From IMG/VR virus record IMGVR_UViG_2740892234_000002: DNA of 19,616 bases; one strand, 5' to 3'. This document shows positions 9,379-17,662 of the stretch, one piece after another; the stretch's first letter is position 1, and each line of letters opens with the position of its first letter. Position numbers and translations under genes: made by a program. The notes below the pieces were generated by a model, which did not search any database, was not told where the DNA came from, and worked only from the letters and a program-made list of their open reading frames with translations. The DNA is from a virus (taxonomy: Duplodnaviria > Heunggongvirae > Uroviricota > Caudoviricetes).

Positions 9379-9407
9379 AAAAAAGACACGGGGGCATTTC
9401 GCCCCCG
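9379..9407 (-). terminator. GC-rich hairpin followed by a T tract just 3' of E (candidate intrinsic terminator or attenuator)
   Basis: Minus strand ...GAGCGGGGGCGAAATGCCCCCGTGTCTTTTTTCAC...: 6-7 bp G/C stem, 5-nt loop, run of six T. Lies between the E stop and the FI start. Confidence 0.5.
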
Positions 9408-9415
9408 CTCACGGA

Positions 9416-10444
9416 TTATTTCACCTGCACCACCACAAACTCATCCGGATCCGGCAGCACCATCAGCGGTGCGGACTGCGTCATGGTAAATTCACGGGCC
9501 GGATCGCCCACGGTCAGCCAGTGTTTCGGGTAACGGGAAGAAGCCACCACACCTTCGGACAACGCCTGCGCATCCTGAATGGCACCGTAACAACGGATCC
9601 CATCTGCAGCCGTATTTCCCAGGACCAGCGTGCCCTCCGGCAGATAACGTTTTTCGGTACCGTCCTCTGCCACATAAGACGTTTTCGCCACCACAATGGC
9701 CAGATCGCCGTAATACCCTTTGAAAGACACCACCGCCCCCAGGTCTTTCACTGCCGTTTCGAGTTGTGAATTTGAGCCGCGACGGGTATCCAGTTTTTCG
9801 CGGAACAGCTTAAAACCATTCAGCAGACGCCAGACAGTACCGTCCATAATGGCAATATTCACAAGACCGCTGGCCTGATCGCAGTAGAGGTCAATATCAT
9901 GCGTCGGATCAAACGTATCACGGTCCTGCTCAGACCATTTTTTACCGTCGGCCTGCTCAATGTTATTTCCTTCAGAGCGTCCAAAATCCACCTCGACAGT
10001 ATCAAACTGATCCCCTTCCATGGTGTATTTGCCATACAGCACGGCATTCACCGCCTGCATTTCTTCCACCTGGACAATGGCATGCTCTTCCTGTTTGAGG
10101 TTATCGGTGATGATACGCAGACGACGGTAGGCCGGGTCGTTCAGTTGAGCCGGATCTTCACCGGGAAGACGCTCAACCGCCTGCTGGTAATTAAATTCGT
10201 GTTTCGGCTTGACGTAGCCCGGACGTAACACGCGGGTTTCACCACCGCGATGACGCAGCACTTTTCCTTCAACAACCGGGGAGACATAGGCCGCCACCGG
10301 CGTTTTTCCGGTAATTTTGTCCAGCATCACCTCTTCGGTATGGAAATTCACCGTACGGCGGAAAAACAGCTCCAGAAACAGCGCACGAAATTTCACTTTT
10401 TGTTCGGTATAACCGAGTAACTGGCGGGTCGTAAACAATCCCAT
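9416..10444 (-). CDS. E: Major capsid protein E (342 aa)
   Basis: ORF track; ...SPVVEGKVLRHRGGETRVLRPGYVKPKHEFNYQ...KLDTRRGSNSQLETAVKDLG...TVGDPAREFTMTQSAPLMVLPDPDEFVVVQVK, lambda gpE-like but clearly diverged. Confidence 0.92.
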   Translation of the reverse strand: MGLFTTRQLLGYTEQKVKFRALFLELFFRRTVNFHTEEVMLDKITGKTPVAAYVSPVVEGKVLRHRGGETRVLRPGYVKPKHEFNYQQAVERLPGEDPAQLNDPAYRRLRIITDNLKQEEHAIVQVEEMQAVNAVLYGKYTMEGDQFDTVEVDFGRSEGNNIEQADGKKWSEQDRDTFDPTHDIDLYCDQASGLVNIAIMDGTVWRLLNGFKLFREKLDTRRGSNSQLETAVKDLGAVVSFKGYYGDLAIVVAKTSYVAEDGTEKRYLPEGTLVLGNTAADGIRCYGAIQDAQALSEGVVASSRYPKHWLTVGDPAREFTMTQSAPLMVLPDPDEFVVVQVK

Positions 10445-10473
10445 AAATCAGTTCCTTTCATTCAGAAATCAGT

Positions 10474-10493
10474 CAGGCCACCGCGGTGGCCTG
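10474..10493. other. Perfect ~20-bp palindrome CAGGCCACCGCGGTGGCCTG in the D-E intergenic spacer
   Basis: Read directly between the D stop (~10502) and the E start (10444); no adjacent T tract. Coordinates +/-3 bp. Confidence 0.5.
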
Positions 10494-10501
10494 ATAACGT
10501 G

Positions 10502-10849
10502 TTACGGCAGCGCCGCGTGACTCAGGGCACTGCCGGCAAAGGCATTTGCCTTTTTGTGTTCATCCACACTGTCAGGCCAGCGGATTGCCTCCGTCGCAAA
10601 GGTCCCCGACTTGTAATAGGTCAGTACCGTCTCTGTGCCTTCAAGCGGCAGTACCAGTATGCCAACCGCACTACCGGCTTTCTGTCCGTCCCAGACCACC
10701 AGTTTCCCGCTGGCTTCATCCAGCATCAGGGGCGTCAGTGCCGGTGTTGCCGAGGAAATCCCGCTGCTGCCTGTGGCGGTATGAGCCGGATCATTACCGG
10801 CAAAAATACGTACTTCCGCACGCTGTTCAGTGATGGTTTTCGTTACCAT
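10502..10849 (-). CDS. D: Head decoration protein D (115 aa)
   Basis: ORF track; ...NDPAHTATGSSG...TPLMLDEASGKLVVWDG...YKSGTF...AFAG... lambda gpD-like; GGAGG ribosome-binding site ~10 nt upstream of the ATG. Confidence 0.9.
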   Translation of the reverse strand: MVTKTITEQRAEVRIFAGNDPAHTATGSSGISSATPALTPLMLDEASGKLVVWDGQKAGSAVGILVLPLEGTETVLTYYKSGTFATEAIRWPDSVDEHKKANAFAGSALSHAALP

Positions 10850-10885
10850 ATTGTAAAAACCTCCTGTTGATGGTCAGCACTGACT

Positions 10886-12391
10886 TCATGGCATGGCCAT
10901 GAGCATTTTCACGTCCGCATCACCGTCTGCTGACGTCTGTGGCACGCCACCCTGTACCGCTGCCGGTGAATGGTTCGCCATGATGCGTTCAAACAGGGCG
11001 GTTGTGGATGCAGAGACCGGTTCTGCCTTACCTGATCCCGCAGCCAGCACAGCCCGGGCGCTCTCCACAGTCATTCCCGGGCAGGCAGCCAGCTGTTCAG
11101 CCTGCGCCTCAGCCCCTTTTGCCTCATCCAGTGCCATGATCTGATCACGGAGTGAGGGTCCGGCATCCGCCTGCGGTGAAGCAGCCAGGATCGGGCGGGC
11201 TTTTTCCACCGTCATCTCCGGCATCGCCGCCAGCGTTGCCGCCAGTTGTTCACGACCGTTCGCTTCTTCACACGCCATAATGCGATCGGCTTCACTCTGC
11301 GTGGATGCCACCGGCTGCTGCGGTGCCGCCGCGGCCAGAATCGCCCGGGCCTGTTCAACGCTCATGCCCTGTTGTCCTGCCAGCATCGTGGCAAGCTGTT
11401 CACGTCCTTTCGCTTCCTGGCATGTCAGGATCCCCATCACTCGCTGGTTCTCCTGCGCGGCGGCTTCCGTTGCAGTTAATTGCGGCATAGTGCCTCCTCT
11501 GACATTACTGTTCAGCGCCGTGGCCATCACACTGATGGCATCCGACGCATTGACTAATTCATCCGCCAGCCCGGCATCAATGCCGGACTGACCTTCAAAA
11601 ACGGCGGCCTCTGTTCCCGTGACGGCATCAACAGACAGACCGGTAAACATGGCCACTTTTTCGGCAAACATCCGGCGCGCCGCATCAATGCGCTGCTGCA
11701 TGTCCTGGCGAACCTCTGCCGGTAAGGCTTCAAACTGATTGCCATCCACCTTGTGCGCCCCTGAGTAAATCAGCGTGATATCCACACCGGCCTGCGCCAG
11801 ATGACCGGCATAGCTGACATGGCTCATCATCACGCCAATGGAGCCGATACGGGATGTCTGGGTAACCAGCCGTCGGGAGCAGGCCGACGCCAGCAGCATG
11901 GCTGCAGAACAGGCCGTGTCATTGCACAGTGCCCAGACCGGCTTCTGCTGACGGAGGCGGTAAATCATGTCAGCGCAGTCAAACGCGCCGGCGGCCTGCC
12001 CGCCCGGACTGTCAATGTCCAGCAGTACGCCCCGCACCTGGCTATCCGCCATTGCCTGCTGAAGACAGGCGACAATGCCGTCATAGCCTGTCATTCCGGA
12101 AAATGGCCGCATACCCCCCAGCCGGTGCACCAGCGTGCCGGTCACCGGCAGTACAGCAATACCGTTCACCACCCGGTAAACACGGGCCGGTCGTTTACCT
12201 CCGGCCATGTACTCGTCCGTTTCAGCCAGCATTCCGGGAGCATCAAGCTGTACCTGCTGCTGTGGTACCGAAAGACTTGCTGCCCCCATCTCGCGCCCGA
12301 GCGCGCAAAAGAAAACCCGCGCATAGGCGGGCTCCAGAAGCAGCGGTTCATTGAATGCCGCGGCAATAATGTGTGAAAGATTACGTCTCAC
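10886..12391 (-). CDS. C: Head maturation protease C (S49/ClpP-like) with in-frame C-terminal scaffold (Nu3) domain; 501 aa
   Basis: ORF track; ...AFNEPLLLEPAYARVFFCAL...VWALCNDTACSAAMLLASACSRRLVTQTSRIGSIGVMM... matches lambda gpC. Start codon reads as GTG in my transcription, overlapping the B 3' end. About 60 aa longer than lambda C because of extra C-terminal repeats. Confidence 0.9.
   Translation of the reverse strand: MRRNLSHIIAAAFNEPLLLEPAYARVFFCALGREMGAASLSVPQQQVQLDAPGMLAETDEYMAGGKRPARVYRVVNGIAVLPVTGTLVHRLGGMRPFSGMTGYDGIVACLQQAMADSQVRGVLLDIDSPGGQAAGAFDCADMIYRLRQQKPVWALCNDTACSAAMLLASACSRRLVTQTSRIGSIGVMMSHVSYAGHLAQAGVDITLIYSGAHKVDGNQFEALPAEVRQDMQQRIDAARRMFAEKVAMFTGLSVDAVTGTEAAVFEGQSGIDAGLADELVNASDAISVMATALNSNVRGGTMPQLTATEAAAQENQRVMGILTCQEAKGREQLATMLAGQQGMSVEQARAILAAAAPQQPVASTQSEADRIMACEEANGREQLAATLAAMPEMTVEKARPILAASPQADAGPSLRDQIMALDEAKGAEAQAEQLAACPGMTVESARAVLAAGSGKAEPVSASTTALFERIMANHSPAAVQGGVPQTSADGDADVKMLMAMP
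11020..11470 (-). repeat. Three tandem, diverged in-frame repeats (~111-135 bp each; ~37-45 aa) within the scaffold (Nu3-equivalent) part of C
   Basis: Protein units ILTCQEAKGREQLATMLAGQQGMSVEQARAILAAAAPQ / IMACEEANGREQLAATLAAMPEMTVEKARPILAASPQ / IMALDEAKGAEAQAEQLAACPGMTVESARAVLAAGSG; matching periodicity visible in the DNA. Boundaries approximate. Confidence 0.8.
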
Positions 12392-13973
12392 GGGGTGTTG
12401 TCTCCTCTTCCGGCCTGCGACTCTCCGCTATCTGCTGCTGATACGCCTGCGCTATCCACACCGGACGTGAGAGTCCGGCTTTTTGCCGCTCTGCAGATTC
12501 CCTGACCTGCTGGCGGAAAATGTCCTGATAATCCTCGCCCATCAGCGCCAGCTCTTTCTCATACGTGCTCAGTCCGGCCTCAATGCGCATCACCGATTCC
12601 TGAACCTCCTTGAGCCCGTCAATGGCCATTCTTCCGGCACCAATCCACTCTGCCCGTGACCAGGCTGATCGCGCCTGATAAAAATCAAAACGCGCCCGTG
12701 GCGGACGGATAATCCCCCGAAGAAGTGCCTCTTCCAGCCAGCAGGAAAACATCTGCGTGGCCAGCCGGGCCGCAATAAATTTTCGCCGCCCCATAAAATA
12801 GCGCCACGACTCATTGGCAGAGGCCCTGGCACTTGAATAACTGACCTTCGAGTAATCACGGGACAACTGTTCGTAGGAAACGCCAAGACCGGCGGCGATA
12901 TACCGCAGCAGCGCCTGTTCAAGCGCCGAAAATCCATTGTCTGAATCCTGCGCAGTCTGTAGTTTCAGATCATCACCAGGGAAAAGGTGCGGAATTTTGA
13001 CTCCGCCCAGCGTCACGCTATTCGTGTCATACCAGCTGGAGAACTTCTCCAGAATATTAATAAGCGGATTATCCTTCTGCTCCTGTGGCGCGCCGGCGAT
13101 ATATTCAAAGGCCTTTTCGGTATCAAGTTCACTTTCAATCGTCGCTGCATACATGGCTTTCACAATGGCCGACTGAAGCTGTGTTGCCTGCAGGGAATCC
13201 AGCATCTTCAGCCGTTCCATGACGCTGTAAAACTGATTAGCCCCACGGGTCTGCCCGTCCTCCACCGGCTCGAAAATATGCAGCATGGCCGGACGCCCGG
13301 TGGGAAGTTCACGCGGGATCCGTTCCCATCGTCCACTCCCGGAGAACGGAAAATCATCCTCACAGATATGGTACGCAACGGCACGGCCATATCGATCGAC
13401 CTCCACCCCGGCCCGCAGAAAACGGTTCCCCATACCGTGTCCTGGCGTGTCCACCCGTTTCGGACTCACGGCTTTAAAACGCGTACGGAATAACTGCGTG
13501 GTTTCCGTATCCCAGACCGGCTGCACAAAGATTTCGCCGTTAAACGCATGAACGCCCACACCTTCACGGATAAATTCCGTGAACGTGCGTTTTCCTTCCA
13601 CGTCGATCTCGCCAGACATCCCTTCGGCGTATTCCGACCAGGCCGCCTCCACCTCATCGACAAAGCTTTTTGCTGCGGTCTCCCGCATCCCCAGCCAGCG
13701 CCAGTTCGGACGGTAGCTGATAAGAAACATATGCCCGACAATGTGATCCTTATGCAGTGCCACCGCATTGGCCGCTATTCCGTTATTGCGCACCAGATCA
13801 TCTGCCCGGGCATTCCCCAGACGCAACGCGGGCAGCAGGGCCGCATCGGCACTCTGCGCCGGTGGCAACCACTCCGCCATTTGCCCGCCAAATCCTGCGC
13901 CGCCCCCGTTGTAGCTGAGACTCTCACGAAGCGGAACGCCGTTCACATCAATCAGGACAGGCGTTCGTTTCAT
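12381..13973 (-). CDS. B: Portal protein B (530 aa)
   Basis: ORF track; ...GNARADDLVRNNGIAANAVALHKDHIVG...FEPVEDGQTRGANQFYSVMERLKMLDSLQATQLQSAIVKAMYAATIESELD... lambda gpB-like; the W stop overlaps the B start (ATGA). Confidence 0.95.
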   Translation of the reverse strand: MKRTPVLIDVNGVPLRESLSYNGGGAGFGGQMAEWLPPAQSADAALLPALRLGNARADDLVRNNGIAANAVALHKDHIVGHMFLISYRPNWRWLGMRETAAKSFVDEVEAAWSEYAEGMSGEIDVEGKRTFTEFIREGVGVHAFNGEIFVQPVWDTETTQLFRTRFKAVSPKRVDTPGHGMGNRFLRAGVEVDRYGRAVAYHICEDDFPFSGSGRWERIPRELPTGRPAMLHIFEPVEDGQTRGANQFYSVMERLKMLDSLQATQLQSAIVKAMYAATIESELDTEKAFEYIAGAPQEQKDNPLINILEKFSSWYDTNSVTLGGVKIPHLFPGDDLKLQTAQDSDNGFSALEQALLRYIAAGLGVSYEQLSRDYSKVSYSSARASANESWRYFMGRRKFIAARLATQMFSCWLEEALLRGIIRPPRARFDFYQARSAWSRAEWIGAGRMAIDGLKEVQESVMRIEAGLSTYEKELALMGEDYQDIFRQQVRESAERQKAGLSRPVWIAQAYQQQIAESRRPEEETTPRET

Positions 13974-14176
13974 AACCTCACTCCCAGCGGACGACGGCGA
14001 CGCCGGGTTGTCCCCAGTACCGACTCCGCATCATTGATCGCCCGGTTAAGCTCATCCAGAGAAGCCGCCGTATATTCAATTCTGCGACCATCTTTCTGGA
14101 CAGACACCACCCGTTTACCGGTTAATAAATCAAGGCGCGCCTGACGCAGCGCCTGCAGTTCAGCGACTGTAACCAT
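13970..14176 (-). CDS. W: Head-tail joining/head completion protein W (68 aa)
   Basis: ORF track; MVTVAELQALRQARLDLLTGKRVVSVQKDGRRIEYTAASLDELNRAINDAESVLG..., lambda gpW-like, same length. Confidence 0.9.
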   Translation of the reverse strand: MVTVAELQALRQARLDLLTGKRVVSVQKDGRRIEYTAASLDELNRAINDAESVLGTTRRRRRPLGVRL

Positions 14177-16088
14177 TCACTCCTCCGGACAGCTTCGCTG
14201 CCAGTTCTTTCAGGGTTGGCCGGGTCGTCTCTTCTTCCCGGGATTTTGCCAGTACAGCCAGATCAAGCTGCCAGCGTTGCACGGACACACGTAATGCCGC
14301 GTAGGCATACACCAGGCAGTCCAGCGCTTCGTTACGCCGCTTTTTGTTATCCCACAGCAGACGCATCTTTCCTTTTTCCCACTTCTCCACAAGCTCTTCC
14401 GCCACCAGTTGCTGCGCCTCTGTCTGCGAAAAAATCTCCGGATCATCAGGAAAACGGATGGCATACGACGTGGCTTCATCCGCAGGCGTGGGATCGGCTT
14501 TCATACGGGCATAGAGAATTTCTTTTGCGGTGTCCGTCCCCACTTCACACAGATACACGCCCCGCTGATTGCGGGTTTTCGGCATGGTGATCACCGGCTT
14601 GCCATAGACAGACGCGCCTTTTACCGGCAGCACCCGGAAAACACCGTGTTTTTTTGATCTCTGATAAACAATTTCACCATCGATCCCCCCGGTGTCCCAG
14701 CAGACACGGGAAATGGTCATTTCGGTGCCATCCGCATGGCGATATTTTTTGTTGATCGCAGCATCCACACGTAACAGCGTCTCTTCCTCATCGGGACGCC
14801 CCATAATGATGATTTTATCCACCAGAAAGGCTTCCTCTCCCGGTGCCCATCCCCAGACATACATCTCAAAACGGTTTCGCTGCGAGTCAATGCCCGCCGT
14901 CAGATAAACCACCCGGGAAGGCACCGCAGCCGTGTAACGCACAACCTTATCCATCAGTACCTGGTGATCGAGTTTTTCGCCCACGGCCTCTTCCCAGGTC
15001 TCGCCCAGCGTGGTGTTCACAAAGGTTTTCAGGCCGTTGGGATCTTTCAGTGCATCCAGCCAGTCATAGACAATCTGTACCCAGGTGGTGAACGGACTGT
15101 ACGCCGTCCAGATATGGAACGTGATGGAGCGCGGCGGCGGAATTTCATCACCCCGGGCGCTGAAAAACGTCAGACCGTCACGGGTCCACATGCCCGTGTT
15201 TTCACAGATCCACCGCCCGTTGCTCTGGTCCAGTTCAGACTGATGGATCACGCAGCCATGATGTTCACAGAGGTAGAAAACACTTTCAGGGCTGTCCTTC
15301 TCCCATTTAAGCCCAAAAGGCGTGGACTCATCGCCAAATTTCAGATACTGCGCCTCCCCACAGTGCGGGCAGGGCACATAAAAACGCATAAAATGCGCCG
15401 ACTCGTTAGCGGCTTTTTCGATCTGGCAGGTGCCTTTGATTTTAGGCGTCGAGCCGCGAATGGATTTTGGCCACACCGACCCCTCAATACGCTTATCCCC
15501 CAGCAGGGTTGGCGAGCCCTCTTTTTCGACATCCGGCTCGAACGAGGAAAGTTCGTCATAGCAGACCACGTCCACGGATTTTTCACGGTAGTTTTTGGCG
15601 GCAGCGCCGCCCAGGCACCAGAAACCGACGCCCGATGAAAAGCGTTTCAGCGTGAGAGTATTGTCACGATGTTTACGACCCAGCCATGGGGAAAGGTCTT
15701 TCAGGCATGGCACGTTCCGAATCGTCGCCTCCACGTGAGACTTCATAAAATCTTCAGCGGCAGAATCCGTGGGCTGAAAAAGCAGACTGTTTCGGGATTT
15801 ATGCTCAATAAAATACCCGACCACCCCCAGCAACATCTTTGTATAGCCAACACGGGCAGATTTAATCAGGTTAACCGTGCGAACCTGGTCGTTACCCATA
15901 CAGTTCATAATGGCGATCTGGAATGGCAGCGTTTTCCATTCGCCCTCACCGTATGAGGATTCTTTAGGCAGATAATAATTTTGATCAGCCCATTCAACTG
16001 CCGTCATTGGTACAACCCTGACCAGAGGCTGCAGCGCAACCGAAACGGCAGCCATCATATTATTCAGTTGTTGCTCTGATATATTCAT
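14160..16088 (-). CDS. A: Terminase large subunit A; start taken at MNISEQQLNN inside ORF 14160..16145
   Basis: MNISEQQLNNMMAAV...TAVEWADQNYYLPKESSYGEGEWKTLPFQIAIMNCMG...SARVGYTKMLLG...CPHCGEAQYLKFGDESTPFGLKW..., collinear with lambda gpA. The upstream extension in the ORF track starts at a non-ATG codon. Confidence 0.95.
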   Translation of the reverse strand: MNISEQQLNNMMAAVSVALQPLVRVVPMTAVEWADQNYYLPKESSYGEGEWKTLPFQIAIMNCMGNDQVRTVNLIKSARVGYTKMLLGVVGYFIEHKSRNSLLFQPTDSAAEDFMKSHVEATIRNVPCLKDLSPWLGRKHRDNTLTLKRFSSGVGFWCLGGAAAKNYREKSVDVVCYDELSSFEPDVEKEGSPTLLGDKRIEGSVWPKSIRGSTPKIKGTCQIEKAANESAHFMRFYVPCPHCGEAQYLKFGDESTPFGLKWEKDSPESVFYLCEHHGCVIHQSELDQSNGRWICENTGMWTRDGLTFFSARGDEIPPPRSITFHIWTAYSPFTTWVQIVYDWLDALKDPNGLKTFVNTTLGETWEEAVGEKLDHQVLMDKVVRYTAAVPSRVVYLTAGIDSQRNRFEMYVWGWAPGEEAFLVDKIIIMGRPDEEETLLRVDAAINKKYRHADGTEMTISRVCWDTGGIDGEIVYQRSKKHGVFRVLPVKGASVYGKPVITMPKTRNQRGVYLCEVGTDTAKEILYARMKADPTPADEATSYAIRFPDDPEIFSQTEAQQLVAEELVEKWEKGKMRLLWDNKKRRNEALDCLVYAYAALRVSVQRWQLDLAVLAKSREEETTRPTLKELAAKLSGGVNGYSR

Positions 16089-16775
16089 CGAGTAAATCCG
16101 GTAATTTATCCCCTGCCCGCGCACACTGATTTGCCCCCTTAGCAATAAGGGTTTTCAGATGGTCAAGATGGCGCGGTGTTAAATCAGGAAACTGTCGCTG
16201 CATGGATAAAGGGATGGAATCAAGCGTACTGGATAACGCCATTGCCAGCTTACTGAGGGCAAAAATACAGAACCCGGTGTCAATAAGTTTTCCTTTTGAC
16301 ACCTCATTTTTTAACTGCTGTGTAACAGCCTGTTCTGCTGTCAGTTCCCATCTGGCAATAAGCAATTTCTCCTCATAGTCGTCTTCGCTATCGCCATCAG
16401 GCACATCGTTTTTACTTCTCCTCAGATACGATATGTAAAAATCGCGCCAGGCATCCAGATCCAGTTGCNNNNNNNNNNTCCGGTGTCAATAAGCTTTCCT
16501 TCGGACGCCTGATTTTTTAATTGCTGGGCGATTGCCTGTTCTTCGATCAACTTCCATCTGGCAATGAGTAACTTTTCTTCATAGTCGTCTTCGCTATCGC
16601 CATCAGGCACATCGTTTTTACTTCTTCTCAGATACGATATGTAAAAATCGCGCCAGGCATCCAGATCCAGTTGCCCTCGCTTATTCGATATCGGGGCACC
16701 CGGCAATTTCTGCAATCTGCGAAGCTGGCGATCGGTCAGACTTAAATGCCTGGCAACTTCAGTCTGCGTAGCCAC
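16060..16775 (-). CDS. nu1: Terminase small subunit Nu1, interrupted by a 10-N gap (16469-16478) with a duplicated, diverged ~196-bp overlap on either side
   Basis: ORF 16422..16775 (MATQTEVARHLSLTDRQLRRLQKLPG..., HTH-like N-terminus unlike lambda) and ORF 16060..16404 (...FCIFALSKLAMALSSTLDSIPLSMQRQFPDLTPRHLDHLK..., lambda Nu1 C-terminus-like) share the segment NDVPDGDSEDDYEEKLLIARW...GKLIDTG. Start reads as GTG with a strong AGGTGAGGA ribosome-binding site. True length probably ~170 aa. Confidence 0.8.
16272..16674. repeat. Direct repeat pair (16272-16468 and 16479-16674, >90% identical by eye) flanking an N gap inside Nu1
   Basis: Both copies encode the same Nu1 segment with substitutions (E/K, TAEQAVTQ vs IEEQAIAQ, NEVSKG vs NQASEG). 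Confidence 0.85.
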
Positions 16776-16795
16776 TCCTCACCTCGCAAAAACTC

Positions 16796-17054
16796 TCACC
16801 TCACAATCACAACAAAACCGGTCATGTCCGGTTTACATGTCTGTTTTTTGTTCATGTCCGGTTCACAGAAGACCTGTTTTTATATTTTTCATATAGTTAA
16901 CTTGAAGAGAAACCGGACATNNNNNNNNNNTACCTCACAATCAGCACAAAACCGGTCATGTCCGGTTTACATGTCCGTTTTTTGCACATGTCCGGTTCAC
17001 GGACAGCCTGTTTTTATATTTTTCATATAGTTAACTTGCAGAGAAACCGGACAT
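16796..17054. repeat. Direct repeat pair (16796-16920 and 16931-17054, >90% identical by eye) flanking N gap 16921-16930; each copy carries the cosB-like repeat cluster
   Basis: ...CACAAAACCGGTCATGTCCGGTTTACATGTC(T/C)GTTTTTTG...CATGTCCGGTTCAC...TTTTTATATTTTTCATATAGTTAACTTG(A/C)AGAGAAACCGGACAT present twice with scattered mismatches. Confidence 0.85.
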
Positions 17055-17060
17055 GGATCC
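16940..17060. other. cosB-like region: repeated CATGTCCGGTT / AAACCGGACATG elements in both orientations around an AT-rich spacer (candidate Nu1 R sites and IHF site)
   Basis: Motif copies at ~16949-16968, ~16970-16980, ~16987-16997 and inverted at ~17045-17056, between the Nu1 start and cosN; layout parallels lambda R3-I1-R2-R1 but the sequence does not. Confidence 0.6.
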
Positions 17061-17092
17061 CGGAAAATTTTCATAAATAGCGAAAACCCGCG

Positions 17093-17104
17093 AGGTCGCC
17101 GCCC
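17093..17104. other. cos: cosN cohesive-end sequence (reverse complement of lambda GGGCGGCGACCT)
   Basis: + strand ...CCCGCGAGGTCGCCGCCCCGTAACC..., then GGAAAGGACCCGCAAAATGATAATAATTATCAT matching the lambda right-end sequence as recalled. Coordinates +/-3 bp. Confidence 0.85.
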
Positions 17105-17303
17105 CGTAACCGGTCGGATCGCCGGAAAGGACCCGCAAAATGATAATAATTATCATCTACATGTCACAACGTGCATCTACGCCATCAAACCACGTCAAAT
17201 AATCAATTATGACGCAGGTATCGTATTAATTGATCTGCGTCAACTTAACGTAAAAACAACTTCAGACAATACAAATCAGCGACACTGAATACGGGGCAAC
17301 CTC

Positions 17304-17498
17304 ATGTCAACGAAGAACAGAACCCGCAGAACAACAACCCGCAACATCCGCTTTCCTAACCAAATGATTGAACAAATTAACATCGCTCTTGAGCAAAAAG
17401 GGTCTGGGAATTTCTCAGCCTGGGTCATTGAAGCCTGCCGTCGGAGACTAACGTCAGAAAAGAGAGCATATACATCAATCCAAAGTGATGATGGATGA
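17304..17498 (+). CDS. ylcI: Small YlcI/YnfO-like prophage protein (DUF3950-like), 64 aa
   Basis: ORF track; MSTKNRTRRTTTRNIRFPNQMIEQINIALEQKGSGNFSAWVIEACRRRL... matches E. coli cryptic-prophage YlcI as recalled; the only convincing + strand gene in the window. Confidence 0.65.
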   Translation: MSTKNRTRRTTTRNIRFPNQMIEQINIALEQKGSGNFSAWVIEACRRRLTSEKRAYTSIQSDDG

Positions 17499-17662
17499 AC
17501 ATCCCGGTTTCTTCCACCATCGCACCGGAAAAGCGACTATGAGGGTAACCCTGCGTCTGTCAGCACAGTAAAACCCGGTGTGCATCGTTTTTGATTATTC
17601 CCGCACACTCACGCAGAAGGAATTCCCCGTCGGGCTACGGTCATGGTTAATGCGGGAATACG

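Noticed and set aside
11801-15638. Plus-strand ORFs inside C, B and A (e.g. 11801..12376, 13548..14144, 14964..15638)
   Set aside because: Antisense to the protease, portal and terminase genes; no ribosome-binding sites or recognisable motifs; operon packing leaves no room for opposite-strand genes.
1-16088. Cargo gene or novel defence/accessory system inserted within the structural operon
   Set aside because: Every intergenic gap from J to A is under ~60 bp and every ORF has a lambda counterpart in canonical order, so no unexplained coding capacity remains.
16060-16775. Two separate Nu1-like genes (16060..16404 and 16422..16775) as a tandem terminase small-subunit duplication
   Set aside because: The two ORFs are the C-terminal and N-terminal parts of one Nu1 sharing a duplicated middle segment on either side of an N gap; an unmerged contig overlap is more likely than a real duplication.
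16796-17054. Tandem cosB duplication as real biology, or the repeats as a CRISPR-like array
   Set aside because: Only two copies, separated by an N run rather than a spacer, with mismatches spread along the unit; consistent with scaffold overlap. No CRISPR repeat-spacer periodicity anywhere in the window.
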